DNA of 64,000 nt from Oopsacas minuta (taxonomy: Eukaryota; Animalia; Porifera), in NCBI GenBank assembly GCA_024704765.1, contig JAKMXF010000365.1:310001-374000 (forward strand), in the 5' to 3' direction. The notes under the pieces were generated by a model. That model was given only the letters and a program-made list of their open reading frames with translations. It made no database searches and was not told where the DNA came from. Made by a program: the position numbers and the translations under genes. This document shows positions 1 through 14,700 of the stretch, piece after piece. Every line of letters begins with the position of its first letter. Within the stretch, counting starts at the first letter, position 1.

Positions 1-31
1 CTATGAAATATGATTAAAGATTGGAATCATA

Positions 32-385
32 TCACACATATATTATCATTACCTGGACAATAGTAGCAGCTATAGACCCGAATAATCTCTTTATCATCTG
101 CTGATAGGAATTAGCTCTAGATAGCTCTGTAGCATAAGCTATTACTACTAGATTAATAGCCATAAGGATAGCTAGACAGACCTCTAGTACAAGACCTCTT
201 ATTACTCCTCCAGCGAACACGAATGCTTGTGGGAAGCTAAGCAGTCCTGCTCCTAGCGCAGCATTAACTATAATGAATACAGATCCTATAGGAGATGATC
301 CCTTATCTTGTTTAACAGGTATTACCTTATCTTCTTCATCACTCGTTGAGTAATTAATAGAGCTATTGCTAACCATTACTGTCAT
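32..385 (-). CDS. SLC38A7: SLC38A7/8-like amino-acid transporter, first coding exon; the gene continues off the left edge
   Basis: SVFIIVNAALGAGLLSFPQAFVFAGG matches the SLC38A7 TM1 motif. The ORF ends in a GTGTGA donor-like site near base 37. Confidence 0.85.
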   Translation of the reverse strand: MTVMVSNSSINYSTSDEEDKVIPVKQDKGSSPIGSVFIIVNAALGAGLLSFPQAFVFAGGVIRGLVLEVCLAILMAINLVVIAYATELSRANSYQQMIKRLFGSIAATIVQVMIIYV

Positions 386-547
386 AATAATCTCAGTAAA
401 ATACAGTGGAATCTCGAAGATACGAACACCAACAGACGGTCAAAACTTCTTAGCTTTAAACGAGGTTCACTATTCTCAATAGAAAGTTAATTATTAAATT
501 TTACACTCAATGACATCCTACAAATTTAAATGTGTCTTTATGTAGAG

Positions 548-2800
548 TTATGAGATGTCTATAGTAAATCCTTCAAGAGCTTCCTTAACCAACTCAGATA
601 GAGGTTTATTATTAGTATATTTCGGATCAGATAGTCTCTGCAGAGCTGTCCTAATACCAGACCCCTCTAGCTGAGCTTGTCTGTCTACAAATCCGTGATG
701 ATCCTTATCTACCAGATTAGCTATAATAGATATTACTGAGAATTGGAGATCAGCTGGTCCGTCTGTTATAATTTCTTTCAAATAGTCTCGGATTTTATCG
801 TCCTCACACATCTACAGAAATAAAATTTCATGTTATACGGTGTAGCCTCCATGAACGGGGTATCAGGGACGCCGAATTATGCTACCCCGGTTGTACTAGG
901 AATTCGCTCTATTTATTTTTCACTCTGTTTCCAGAAGTTCCCCATTTCCACATGCTTATATTATCGCTTATTTGGTATATACCTTTTTCTTCGTGACATT
1001 AGAGCCACTACTGATGTTAGCTAATACACACAGAGCTTGCTCTTTGACCTCATAACTCATATCATTATTCTGAGTAACTGTAAACACTATATCCAATCCG
1101 CTCTCCTCTTCTAGCTGTAAGAACTCTTCAATCTCAGAATCTGTTGACAATATATTCCTGAGTATACCTAGGCTACGTAGAGTGAGTCCATGGGATGTAG
1201 GATTACTGAGATGGGTAAATAGAAATTGTGGATAAGACGGGAGAGACTTAATAGCTGTCCTTACAGTAGCTAGACACATGAATGTACTATTCATTAACCC
1301 CCAATAACAGAGCTCTGTTAATTCATCATTGCTACTAACGATACCTGCATGAAACTTTGTTATGACGTCAGATTTAATTAGGTCCTCTTTAACCGGAGAG
1401 AATTCTAACACGAGATTAACCAGCAGTGCATATGAAGCTATAACTACATCCATACTCTGTGTGGATGAATCAGCTGTTTTCAATACGTGTCTCCACACAG
1501 GGTAGTCTACAAATGAAGTTCTCAGCTGTCTTACAGATCTAGACAGAGACAGGAGACATTTTAGACTGCTCAGCTTAATGGATTGGTTCTCATACACCAG
1601 ACCTCTGACCAGCTGTTCCATCACGTAACCCTTTTTATCGGTTACACATCTTCTGAGGGATTCATCTTCTGAGCAGAAACGGGATAGAATATAGAATATC
1701 GCGGATTTTAACGCTGTCTTCTCTGGAGTTAATTCAGGTGGAGTTTCTACGAACACATCTACATCCATAGCCTCTCCTTCCCTGCTATCAGCTTCTAGCT
1801 CACTAGCAGCCTTCAAATAATCTGTGAGTGTATTCAGGAACTGATCAGTAATCGCTAATACCTGTTGTAACTCTAAATCTCTTCCGATAGCTATTGATAT
1901 GATCTTAACAGCTTCACACTGTATGTTATAAGTACTATCTGATTCAGGTCTAGCTAGAGCTACTAGTCTAGGTAATATTTTGTATTTTAGAATAGAATTG
2001 TTAATATCTGTGTCACAAACCTGAGAGAGGAATATACTGACTATACATCTTGAGGCTGATAGCTTAATGTAAGGATCTACCTGTTGTATTATCATTTCAG
2101 TAAGATATTCTGGTATGGAAATTCCGTTAGAATATCTGTACTGACTCGCGATTAATGAACCCTCAGAGTTATTATTCAGTAAACAAGCCAAAAGCTCTAG
2201 GAAAGGTTGTCTCACTGCATTTATTTGGTACAATTTGCTAGCTATTTTAGGAATTACTCCTAGGTTTAATAGTTTAAGTTGTTGTGAATGAGTTGTACAG
2301 GTTATCTGTAAAATAACAGCTATCTGTTGACTGGGCTTAACTACATCGTCAAGATGAGATACAAGAGTTGCTAGATTGTCTTCTTTGTAGAATATATCAG
2401 CATCTAAATGTTCTGGAAAGTTCTTACAATAAGACATTAGTGCGTATATAGCGTGGTGTATTGTGCGTTGAGATGATTGACATCCTAGTTTTGATAGGAA
2501 GATAGAGGGGAGATCGTGGTATTTGAAGAAGGTCCTCGCTTCTATAGGGAGGTAACAATAGCTAGCTAAAACTACCAGGCATTCAGAAAGGAGAGGATCA
2601 CTTATAGTAGGATCTTCTGTAACGGATATTAATCGAGGAAGAATAGACAGAGAATGGATTTTACGAGATTTATTACCAATAATGGTATGTTTTAGCTCAG
2701 TGACGTAAGATATTCTAGAGGCATCATCATCAGAGGCTAGAATATCAATAGGATCTGTTGGTGATGCCTGACTCAATGCTGGTTCAATTTCCATTGCCAT
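548..2800 (-). CDS. ARMC8: Armadillo repeat-containing protein 8 (CTLH/GID complex); exons 2800-983 and 811-548
   Basis: N-terminal LKHTIIGNKSRK, ARM-like helices and a C-terminal GFVDRQAQLEGSGI segment resemble ARMC8. GT-AG intron 982-812 joins AAG|ATG in frame. Confidence 0.85.
812..982 (-). ncRNA. Possible intron-encoded structured RNA (snoRNA-like) in the ARMC8 intron
   Basis: The 171-bp intron is unusually GC-rich. It has a CGGGGTA/TACCCCG stem, a TTCTG-GAAA-CAGAG hairpin, an AAATAA box, an ATTCCTAG motif and an ACA near the 3' end. Confidence 0.3.
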
Positions 2801-3063
2801 TCATGTGTGTTATGTTTGTTACAATTTCTAAATTATCAACACTGTACAAACTCATTACAGTCTGAAGTCATCCCAAACATTCACTGATTAATCCAAATAT
2901 ATTTATTATAAAAATCACATTTGCAATGAAAGGTACACTCTTATCATATGTATACAGCAAGTTCTAAAATGAGTAGCAAAAGACAATAATCATAAAGTCC
3001 AAGCAATTAACAATATTTTAACTAATAATTCAGTAAACACTAATTAAGTTTATTCACATAATA

Positions 3064-6000
3064 TTAACTGAAAACTCGTGCGAGATCCAAATAGCGGGAA
3101 TCTGGGTAGAAAACAGAAACAACCTTCATAAAAACAAGTGGACAGTCAACAAAGCAGTAGCCTATATCATTCACCATACTAATAGCAGGTAATGCACTGG
3201 TGTATAGAGGGCTGTAAGCTTTATTGTTTGCGAGGGAAGTGAGATTAAGCAGAAATTGTTCCGCCTCTTTTGACGCGAATAGAGCCCCGGGGACATCTCG
3301 AGAGGGTGCATTAGGATCTTTAGGGTGTCCGGGAGCACGAGGGACTATTCGTAGATGTATAACGGAATTACAGTCTACGGGCAGCTGTAGTGTAACAAAA
3401 CTCTGTAGTATCCTACAAGCCAAACGGAATTTCACAGACAAGTCTGATTTCCTTCCAAGCCCGATAGCTCCTAATAATCCTTCACTACTCTTATCCTCTG
3501 TGTATTTAGCTAGAGTAGTTGCAAAGCTTGAAATAACTGACAGAAGCTCAACAGGTGGAGTACCGAACCTAACTTGTCTTGTTATTAGTTTAAAGAACTG
3601 TACTATTAACAGAATTAGCTTGCTCTCTACTACAGGAGACGGTTTAATACTAGCACACCATTTAGCTATAGTTTTAGCTCTGATTAGCTCCTCTTCTAAT
3701 GACTTACAGTTAGGTAGATCGAGTAGGATTTTAGAGAATAGAGTTAGACAACAGCCTAGCTCTAAAGAATTAGATATGTATTCATCTTCAGACATTTCTG
3801 GTATAGTTAATGAATCACAGATTTGTTTCCATCCATATCCGTTCTCTTTAGGTAGTAGCATTACACCGTCTGTACCAGTTATTTCCTCCTGAGTGGGGGG
3901 TGGTAGTCCTGTGAAATGAGTCTCAATACACGTCTCTATAACCTCCACCATGTGTGACATAGCTGCTAGAGATCTACAAGCTGCGGACAGAGCTGGTAAA
4001 CAGAGAACCTGTGAGCTAACGGTACTATCACCAGGAGACGGACTGAGAGAATTTATTATATTTATAAAAGTTGTCCTTAACACTAAACTTGAGGGAGCTG
4101 AGTTATTAAGAATATTCAATAGTTCAGAGATTAGTAGAGTTATGTGTGTAGAGGAATTATCCATAACATTATCCTGATTATTCGCACGATTCTCTAGACT
4201 CATAGAACTAACACACACAGATGTTATTAGAGAAATTAGAGTAGTGACAGCACGCTTTGCAGGAAGATCTGTAGACTCTGGTAACAGTGAGTATTTAGAT
4301 AGACTATCTACTAAGAAGCTAATGTATAAAGCTTGTTTGTTCTGAGTATTCTTATTGTGTGAGTAGGATGGGTAACCAGATGCAGCTTGTAAGAACTTAT
4401 TTATGTGAGAAGATGAAGCTAGCAGGAATACTTCAGGAGATTTGTTATCTCTTAGCCATTGATAAATTGGTTCAAACGATTTAACAGATACATCTTCCCA
4501 GTTATAGTGCTCAGCTCCGTGCTCTGACAGAGAGTATATACTAACTCCATGTTCTGTCTGTTTTAGAACGTACTCATCAGTGAGAAGGGTAATAGAGAGG
4601 GATAGATAGAAGGAGAGAGGAGATTGATCCCTGAGAGCAGGATAAGATGAAGACGTCAGAATATTATCCCATTTAATTTTAACAAATACTCCAGCAATGA
4701 ATACAAGAGTATGTTTAGAACTTCTAAGCTCTAACATACTCTCTAAATCTGTAAGGGAGGGAAGGAATAAGTCCCAGTGTAAGCTCAAGAATCCGCTCTG
4801 TAATCTCTCAAGTATAGATTCCGGGGTAGTGGGGGCAGCTAACTGTGACGTATATACATTCCAGAACAGGTTAAGGACGTTAGGCTGTCCCTTACGAGTA
4901 GGCAGTTTCTGCTGCATATGCACTATACAGTTAACGAACTTAAGAATTAGTATAGAAGAGCTTTCACACTCTGAAAGATGCCATGGAATGTTAAAACTAC
5001 CATCTGCGTTTTGAGCGGGGAATAACCAAGGTAAATACGCATCACATAGAATATCCCATACTTCTTTAAGATCAGTTGAACTAGCAAAACCATCATCATC
5101 AATAGCACACTTCTCAGCTCTATTAGTTATCACCATTTCTATTAATGAGGTAATAACAGCCCCCAAGTATTGCTGGTATCCATCCCATAGAGTGTACAGG
5201 GTCTGCTGACTAGCTATTCGTTGTTCCATCATCTGTTTGCTAATGAAGGTTAGCTCAGCTAGCAGGAAATCTTCCTGAATACGACCTCTCTCCTGCTCAA
5301 CTGCATTCAATCTGTCTAGAAAACATTTCCAAGGATGACTAGACAGATCTCCACTCTCACTGCTCCCTAATAGCTGGTGTAGAACAGCTGAGAAAACAGC
5401 TGGGAAATCGTGCTTGAGAATATTCTCAAGATGTGATAAATATATTAACAGAAGTGTATCGTCCTGTTTAACTTCCTTCATTCCAAATCCTTCAAAAATG
5501 AGTTCAATTAACCGGAACATTTCCAATGAATCTTTGTACTGCTTTTTCAACCAAGCATTAACATCAAACTTACTCATAAGGGTAGCTCCTATGGTCGAAT
5601 CGTGCTGAGATATCAATCTATTAATCTTAGAATACATATCTATGAATTCTAGTGTTGTAGCTTGATCTGGTCTGAATAATGAAACTACAAAACTTGTAAG
5701 GAATATTCTTTCTTGGATAAGTTCGATTAGTTTCACAGCCTCTCCAGGTTGTGAGGCTATGAACTTAATCCCTAAATCTTGACAGCAGTTATAATAGAAC
5801 TCTCTACTGGTAGGAAATTCATTAGATCTCTGAGTAAGCGAGGATAGAAGTTCATAGAACATGACTCGAGCCGATTCTTCTAATTTATTCCTCTCATCTC
5901 CATCTGTTATATTATCAGATACTTCCTTAAGATCGTGTATAGTAGCAGATATACGTAGACAAGCATTAGAGAATTCTACTGGTACATCTGTTTTAGCTTC

Positions 6001-9000
6001 AGTTATAAGCGTTTTAGTGTTCAATATGTTTGTATCAATTAGTTGTGCTATACTATCATTTTTACGGGCCTGATTATATCTGAATTGGAGCTGACAAGCA
6101 CCAGTACATGCGGTCTTACAAGTAGCATATAGTGTGGTTGTCTGAGGAACATTTTGATGCAAGTCAGGTACGAGTGATACAAGCGTACTGTGCATCTGAT
6201 TCAAATCACGAGCCTTCAATTGGGAGCTATCAAAGAAATTTGTAATACAACGTAGGTCTTTTTTGATCTCTGTGAGTAATAACTGTGGGTCTGACAAGCA
6301 GGAGCGGAGGACAGGAACGAATGGGACATCAACAGGCACCAGAGGGGGGATAGGGGAAGGAGTATCAGTAAGAGAAATCCTATTCAATATCCTCTTCTCT
6401 ACAGATTTGACTGGCAGGTTCCTAGGAGAGTTAGGCTTCTTAACTTCAAAACTAGATATCCAATCTTTGCAAGATTTGTTTATGGAATCTTGTATTGCCT
6501 CCAAGTTTACTAGTTCTAACCATAGAGTGAGTTGGTTAGAGACTAGCTGGGATAGTCTCTGTGTGTCGTACTGCGGAGGTAAGGCAGGGAGATATAGGTC
6601 TGCTTCGTGTATCCTTGGTTCTTCAATCCATAACTCCAAGGTTAAGAACATTTGTTTGAGAGTTCGAGTGAGATCTTTCTCAACAACAGAGCAGGTAGTA
6701 TCAGTTTGCTGTGATATGCTAAGCTCTTTGAAGTGTTGGTGACAAGCTTGTAAATTCTTGCGCATAACTTTAAGCTGTGTAAAGTAAGGGTAATTTTCAA
6801 AGAATATATAACCCAAACTGGGCTGAGCTGCTGTACCAGATGGAGCTGGCCTCTGTAGATAGTAGAACATGAATCTCTGCCAGCAGAGAGGAAGCAAAGG
6901 ATGTGTATGAGGTAGTTCGTTACTCAGCTTACCCCATCTATAAATACAGAGATAGGAGAGAGGATAATTCTGTAGTTTTAGTTCAGAAGTACATGATTTC
7001 ATTGCTGCTTCGAATGACTGTCTAGGGTCAGGTCTGAGGACTGTTAGCAGAGCTTTCCAGACTCCTGTCTCCTTCTCCAATTTCTCTTCGGCCTGCATCG
7101 CGAAATAAGCATACCATCCGTGTTCCTGCGGTACGAAGTAGTCCAGGAGGGAGGGAGGATCTTGATCCCCTATAACCATTGACACCACACTCTGCATACG
7201 ACTGCCCTTCTTGGGGTGACGAGGTAGAGATTGGACACACAAATAAAGATTGTCTACCATCACTTTCTCCATCTCAGGCTTATTGAATGCTAGCAAACAC
7301 AGAGCATTTACGATAGACAGCAGCTTTTTATCACGATACCAATCTGGATATGTTATCATGGTAGCTGTCCAGAATTTAAGTGCCTTCAGACCAGCTGATT
7401 TCTCTCTCTCCCATCTCTCAGATATCTGCTGATGTAGAAGAGAGCAAAAACATTTATTGAACTTACTTCCCTCCCCTAGTATCCACTTCTCAGTGAGAGA
7501 GGCAGTGCTGACGTCAGCTTGGCTCAGCTGATATATAATCTTGAGTAGGTTAGGAGGGGCTGTGTCCGGTTTCATCTCAAAGAATCTGGGAGATACGTTC
7601 TTGAGTATTCTCATTGCTGGTATATACTGTTTGTTATCCATGAGTACTTGTAGTAGTTCTATACCCTCGTGACAGAATAGATCTGTTTCATGACCTATCA
7701 TAGATACACATAGAGCTACGTAGCAAGCAAGCGGACCGTTTGTCTTCACTGCTTGAGATAGACTAACTAAACTGACATCATGATGTAGATCAAGAGGAAA
7801 TACATGAGGAGTCCAGGCTTCCTCTGTCTCAGCAGGAGAGTTATAATCATCTTCATTGTCTGGTGGATTAACCTCTGAAGAGTGTAAACTTAATAGTAAA
7901 GTAACCTAGAAATGATATTATCCTAAAATCATAGATATAATATATAAATAATATTTACCTTCCATGACCATGATAAGACCTTTTGCTGATCCTCTGAGAG
8001 CATAGGTAGGTATGATTGTATAACCTCTCTAAATCCCTTAGCCTGACCTGCCCCCTCTTGGCCTATATTCCCTGGTATCTTTGGAATCTGTCTTCCACAA
8101 GCCTCTACAATAGCAATAGCAACCTCTCTGTGTAGAGACCCAGGGAGGAATAGGGTACCATCATCTTTATGACCCCAATTCATTCTACCGAGTACTAATT
8201 GAGAGAGATTGTTCTCATTAGTACCCAGATCAGTCCGTATCAACCAGTTAGTCAGAACCTGTATATCCCTAGGAGCAGGTAACCAATCTGAGAATGAAAA
8301 AGAGTTAAATAGGAATAGAGAATTGTCTCCCATCATGAATAGAGCCTCTGACGTAATCTGTACTAGTATAGATATAACCTGAGGATGTTTTAACACGATA
8401 GTATCCAGCAGATCTCTACCAGTTCTTGAGTATGTATCTCTTGATACAGGATTCAAAAATGATACCTCCATCAACTCAAATACCACTATCTCTATAAACT
8501 CGTAATCCTTAGGTCGTGAATATTCGCGAGCACGTGCCATATTCGCGAATGTTGTGAATAAGAAGATCGCTTCAGATAACGGAATACGCATAATATTATC
8601 TATGAATTGTTCTCTGTAGTCTGGATCTTTCAATATATCCTTAAGGCCAGATACTCTACCTAGACCTCTTGATATTAACTCTTCTGCGGTTATTGGGAGA
8701 TGATTAGAGTGTATTAACCAGAAAACTTTCCATACAGCTTCAAGAGAGACGGTCTCAAATGGCATATCAGCTAGAAATTGCCAAGCTCCTAATTTGTGTG
8801 AAGATAGAATCCATCTAGTAGCTCTAATCACAAAGCTATCCATCTCTACCTGTATCCTCTGTAGAGAATGTACACTCTGTCCTGGCATAGAAGGGCCTGT
8901 AGTCTCTGTCCAGGTGTCTCCTATCTCCTCTCTGTAGTGCCGATACGCTAACCAATGGTCAGATACCAGATGTACTACATAACGAACTGTTCTACCTAGT

Positions 9001-10775
9001 CTCTTAACAAACCCTCTATATCTAGCTAGCTTAAACGTAGAGAATCCAGCTCCCAATAGCTCCACTAGCCTAGAGCAGAATGCTACTAGTGTCATCATAC
9101 CGTGACTACTAACTTTATCTACTGAGTATCCACTAACATAGATTTGTTGATCAACTCCCTCTAATAGTAAGTATTGGAAGAGAGCAGTGAATGGGAATTG
9201 ATCGAACACAGATACAAGATCCTCTTCAACCAAGTACTTCTTATTAACAGCCTCCTCATCATCTTCTACTACATCCTCTGCTACAAATACCCAAGCCTCA
9301 CCTCTGCCATTACCCGGAGTATTAGCTTCTATCTCCAAATGTTTTAAGAATACTTCCCTCTCCTTAACTGGTAACAAGAGGGTAGCTAACATAGTCAGGA
9401 AGTGATCTGATAAAGGACTGAGATTGTATCCCTGGTTGTATGGCATTGTCTGTCCTGATTTAGCTTGCTGAGTGAGTTCTAAAAGAGGTTGGAATTGTAG
9501 ATAAGCAGCTCCCCATGATCCTACTCCAGGAGGACATCTGAGGAAATGATTTAGTATAAACAGATGATCTGAGTAAGTAGCTGTTCTAATCAAATGAGAA
9601 AGGAGAGCTGTAACCCAGTGACGTACAAGCTGTTGGAACACTACGTCACTCTTTGGACGTCGTTCAAATATAAATAGGACTGATAGACAGTCACGTAGAC
9701 TTGAATTCTGTGTCTCTGTTATGAAGTGTAGGACAGCTGGGTCTGTAGCTCTCACTGGTTTATCAGACGTCAAATTCCTGAATTCTTCACAGGACTGCAG
9801 CAAGTTAGAGAGATACGATACTATTTCTATTCTATCATATTCACAATGTGATGCTTTGAGAGATACTTCTCTCAAGAGATGATTTCTCAATTCAATAGAT
9901 ATTATTTCTAGATTCTGTAATTCTTCTCTATTCATCTCAGCTGATTCGTACTCATGAGTTCTCACAACTCTATTATGGTCTCTACACCGTCCTGTAGACT
10001 TAACTTCCTTCTTGCTAACAGACCATATTCTTGAGAAAGTATTAGCAGCTCTCTTCTCCATCATCTCACCCTCTTCTTGACTAGCGATATGTTCTAATCT
10101 AGAGGTTTGGAACTTGACGAGTAGCACGTATAGAGGATGTCCTGTCAGGTCGGTAGGATTAGCTCTACGTACGAAACTATCTACATATACTTGGTTACCA
10201 TCCAGTAGAGGAGTAGGACAGAATGAGTAGAGCTCCATCTCTGTTAAGGGACGGAGAGTACCTACTAGACTATCTGGATGTGTGACGGATTCTTCTCGCT
10301 CCCTATGTGAGAATCTAGCCGGCATCTCTGGAGTGAGTAGGTCAGGTATAACTCTTGTAGGATCTTCTTCTAGAGTTGATACTGTCGGGTATATAGGCTT
10401 AACTTCTTTCTGTAACAATAGAGGAGGAGTTATGTCCAGGAGTTGTGCTTGTTGTGGTGGAGCTGATACAACAGCTGGCTTCTCAATATTCAGGTTTGTC
10501 AGGACAGGTTCAGCGAGGGGTAAGGGATCTAAGTTAGGTGTAGACTCTCGCACTATATCATCAGTATATAGCTCTACAGGATCTAAAGTACCATTAAGTA
10601 TTATGTTAGTATTATCTATTTTAGACTTCACTTCATCTTCCTCAATTATCACTGGGGAGTCTCGGGTGGAGCTGATGATCTCTTCTTCTGGTTGTTTTTG
10701 TATTACTGGGGCTATTGCCTCGCGTTTTTGTGCTCTCTGTTTCTTCTGCTTAACAGGTCGAACTGCTGTTGCCAT
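3064..10775 (-). CDS. EPG5: Ectopic P granules protein 5 (autophagy tether), about 2550 aa; exons 10775-7959 and 7905-3064
   Basis: The two long ORFs join in frame through a 53-bp GT-AG intron (7958-7906), reading WK|VTLLLSLH...VKTNG. Length and motifs (HLFILNHFLRCPPGV, IYRWG, HPLLPLCWQRF) fit EPG5. Confidence 0.9.
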
Positions 10776-11152
10776 ATGGATAACGGATAATTAACTGATA
10801 ACTAATTGCATCTAATTGTGTATTATTAGCTATATATTCAGGCAAATATGGAGAGTAGAGATGGCTTAGTTTATGTATTCAATTATACATAAGGTTTCAA
10901 CAACAATACAAAATGGATGGGATAATGAAATGCAATTTTCAAGTCGACAATTTTATGATTCGAATCTGATAAAGAGCATACTTAAATACATATTGTGTGT
11001 TGTACGTAATTATATGTGAGCAAATGTAAATGTAGTTATGCCTCTGTTAATTAGAAACATATCCACCCATATAACTACCCCACACAATAATTTTAGATAT
11101 CATGCAAATACAATAATAAATTCACCAAATAATAAGTGATAACCAGCAGTAG

Positions 11153-11593
11153 CTAAGTAAACTCATCACTATCTTCTTCATATCTCACTAGCTGTAAGGG
11201 AATATGCCAAGCATTAAGCATTCGGACAGTTGTAGCTTCAGAGTCTCTTAGTTTAAATCTTGATAAAAGAATAGGGATAATTCTCTGTGTAGCTGTTCTC
11301 CATTTGTTTATTAGTTCACTAATATCGCCGTATTCTGATGATTTTAACCTCTCATTAAATATTCTTATACGTTCTAATTTTGATAACCGAGTATTGAAAT
11401 TTTTAATCTCCACCTTCAGTTTATCTCTCTCTTCCAGAAGAATATTTATTTCATCATTTCCTTTGTCTGTTTTAGAAAAACTCTTACTTAGAGGGGATTC
11501 AAATGATGTGGTCAATTTCATAGTCCTGTTAGTCACAGGAGAGACAAATGGTTTATTTAGAGATTTACCTGCGTCACCTGCCCTTTTCAACAT
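11153..11593 (-). CDS. SFR1: Swi5-dependent recombination repair protein SFR1/Mei5-like, 146 aa
   Basis: A coiled coil followed by LINKWRTATQ and a C-terminal YEEDSDEF, typical of the Mei5/SFR1 domain. Confidence 0.75.
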   Translation of the reverse strand: MLKRAGDAGKSLNKPFVSPVTNRTMKLTTSFESPLSKSFSKTDKGNDEINILLEERDKLKVEIKNFNTRLSKLERIRIFNERLKSSEYGDISELINKWRTATQRIIPILLSRFKLRDSEATTVRMLNAWHIPLQLVRYEEDSDEFT

Positions 11594-11768
11594 GGAGATT
11601 ATATAGCAAATAAACTGAAATATTGGGCTTAAAATTAAAGTCGAATTTGCAGGAATTTTCGTATTTTTACACAGCTCATTTGTATGATAGAATGAAGCAA
11701 TATATGAAATGATAAAACAATAGATTATATACGATGAATTAAGATAAGACAGACTAGCGTAACAAGGC

Positions 11769-14700
11769 TCATATCGAATTAGCTTTTTGGAAAGAGAAAA
11801 AAGTGTCTAGCTTTTCTTTAAAATCTCTTGGAAGTTCCTCCTCTGGGGGCAGTCTAGGACCCATATGCGTATCCAGATAGGTAACCAATTCGCAGTGAGT
11901 CTGGAATTTAGCTAGCTTATCTTTGTATTTCTGTCTTATATAATCAGGACTACGAGGATTGAATGCTTTCAAGTGTAGAGCTAGGAATATTTGAGCTGAA
12001 ACAGCTAGAGACACGAATGGAAATTTTGGCTTGAATTCGCCGACAGCAGTCAGAGATTTGTGTAGAGTTATGGATACAGTTTGTTCTAAGTATCCCAGCA
12101 TCGGCAACCTGTTCAGAGGTAGCTTGACTATAGCAGGAGGTAGCTTAGCTGGTAGTGTGACGTAAGCAAATTTAGCTGGATAACGCATGAATATATCTCT
12201 CTTTTCCTCAGTTTGCATTGCATAGAGTTTATTCTTATACTCTCCTGTATACTCGAGATCTCCTTCTACTAGTCCCTCATAACATTGTCCACTATCTATG
12301 TAAGAAACAGGACAATAACCTTTGAACTCTATTCGTTGTGGAAATTTAGACTTTACTTCAGAACGTGTTAACTTTCGCGGTCTATCTTCAGGGAATAATG
12401 CAAGTGATTCAGGTGTCAGGAATCTATCAGGATCTGTGATAAATTCAGTTATTTGTCTTCCCCCAGCAAACAGATAATGCTTGTCTCTATACTCTGCTCC
12501 AAACTTGTACACAATATCCTCCTTACAATCAACTAATGCGTTTTCTAGCACTAAACTAACTGGACAGTAGAATAGGAACTCTCCTACCTTTTTCTCAAAA
12601 TCCTCCTTCGTAATACACAGACCACATAATCTAGCTGGATTATCTCTTGAATGAGATTCTATGTAGGATTGTATTTGCATGAAATTCTGATCAATTTCCT
12701 CCTTTACATTACTCCAAACGTTCCAAGTAGATTTCTCTCCATCAATACTATTGCAGTTGTGATACTTGCCTGAGTAGAAGGAACGAATTCCAGCAATATT
12801 TTCGTTGTAGGAATTAATGCCATCTTTGAGGGCTTCAAGACTCTCATGGAAAGGAAAGGGACTCTCGATTTTAGCACCCTTAGGGTATTTCTTAGCTCTA
12901 GACACACACTCAGTGAGTGAGCACTCCAACTCAAACACCTTGATCGGGAGTATGTGATGTTTTGCTAGTTGATCAACCTGGGATAAAGTGACCGGGAAGC
13001 TATCTAATACGAATCCTCTCCTCACAACACTAGACTGTAGCAGATTAGACTCAATAGCCTTTACTATGTACTCGACAGGGAGATCTTCTCCAGCCTTTAA
13101 CTTGGTTTCTAAGGCCTGAGCGAGTGCTGACCAATGCTGGTCTCTCAGGACCCTTCTTATGGAAGCCCCAGCTGATATAGACATACATCCGTACTCCTTA
13201 CAAATCCTCTCAGAGAGTACGGTCTTACCAGATGAGGGGGGACCTAATACAGCTACCTGTATAGGGACAAGAGGACCAGGAGAGGGGGCAGCCAGGAAAG
13301 AGAAAGGATCCGATCTGAACCTAGTACGCGCTTTGATAGATGAAAAGAATAGAACATAACTCCTGTAGATTACAGCAGACGTAATATTGAGAGGAGGAGT
13401 ATTGATACCATCATACAGCTGTACAGGACACCACCAACCGAATCTTGTCAATTGCTTATACCTTGATTTAACCAACATATGAGCTAACGCTAGATCAATA
13501 GGGATTACCTTAGTTAGCATTGCTTTACGATACTTTACATACGGTCTCATGAAGCTCTCAATACTGTTAAATACAGATTGTGGTTTCTTGTTACCTTCTA
13601 CAGTGAATAACGTCACGTTAGCTTCACCCATTAACTCTTGTACATCTTTATATTCATCCATTTCTGCTTCATATTTCTCTATTATAGTTGTACGCATACG
13701 TTCTTGTGCATCATCATACGGTTCTTGTTCCAAATCCTCAGTATCAGACTGTGCACCCTCTTCCTCCTCTCTGCTCTCCTGTAGCTTCTCATTCAGCTCG
13801 TCCTCTAGTCCATCTAGTTCTGTTTGTAAGTCATCCTCATCTGTCTCTTCATCTGTCCCTTTCTTAGCCTTGTGTTCATACATAACTTGTTCCTTCCTCA
13901 GAGAGAACTCCTCTCTCAAATTCTTCTCTCTAGTTTCTATATTATTCTTCAACTTATCAGCTTTCTTCTTAATCTTTTCTTCATAGAGCGCCTTCTCTTT
14001 CTGCTGCTTCCTTTTTAGAATCTCAAGCTTACCAGGGAGTACCCTCTTAATGACGTCATCATCACTTATTGATATCATAACTATGCTATCTGGGAATAGA
14101 CAGTTATTGATGAGGAACTGAGCCTCTTCGTTTGTACGTGGAAATCCTTCTAGAACAAATCCAGTAGATTTGAATGGATCATCTAGCCAGAATTGCTTCA
14201 CCCATTCTAAGATATCGTCGGTAAGAGGAGCTTTATCTACAAGATTATTACGAATACTTTCCTCTGTAGCGTCTAACTCCATAGTAGACTCACTAGTACT
14301 CTCAACAGCTGGTTCAACAGGTTCCTCTGGTACACACGTCTCCAAATCCTCCTCATCTATTAGCGGGGGTTTAGTATACAATTTATGCATTACTTTCTCT
14401 TGAAGCCATTCATGGAATGAAATGAAGAATAGACCTAGGTTATCAGCCAATTTAGCTCCTACAGTAGTCTTACCAGCGTAACGAGGGCCTAATAATAACA
14501 CACGTATAGGAGGAGGCTGGAGAGGTTGATTAACTGCCATGTAACTCTCTGGAGATATACAGAATGCATCTTTAGCTTCTTGACTAATAAATGCATACAT
14601 TCTGTCTCTGTACCTAGCTCCAATATCTTCTCTACCAGGAGCAAGAGTGTTGTTCTGCTTAAGAGATACAGGACAGTATTGCTTCGTGTCTCCCCATGGC

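Noticed and set aside
830-1024. 64-aa plus-strand ORF over the ARMC8 intron
   Set aside because: No recognisable protein features; the GC-rich part is better explained as RNA structure.
3224-7432. Plus-strand ORFs inside EPG5, and similar ones inside AK9, COG2, the importin-like gene, PARL, AGXT2 and chitin synthase
   Set aside because: Antisense or off-frame shadows of long coding sequences, with no motifs and mostly non-ATG starts.
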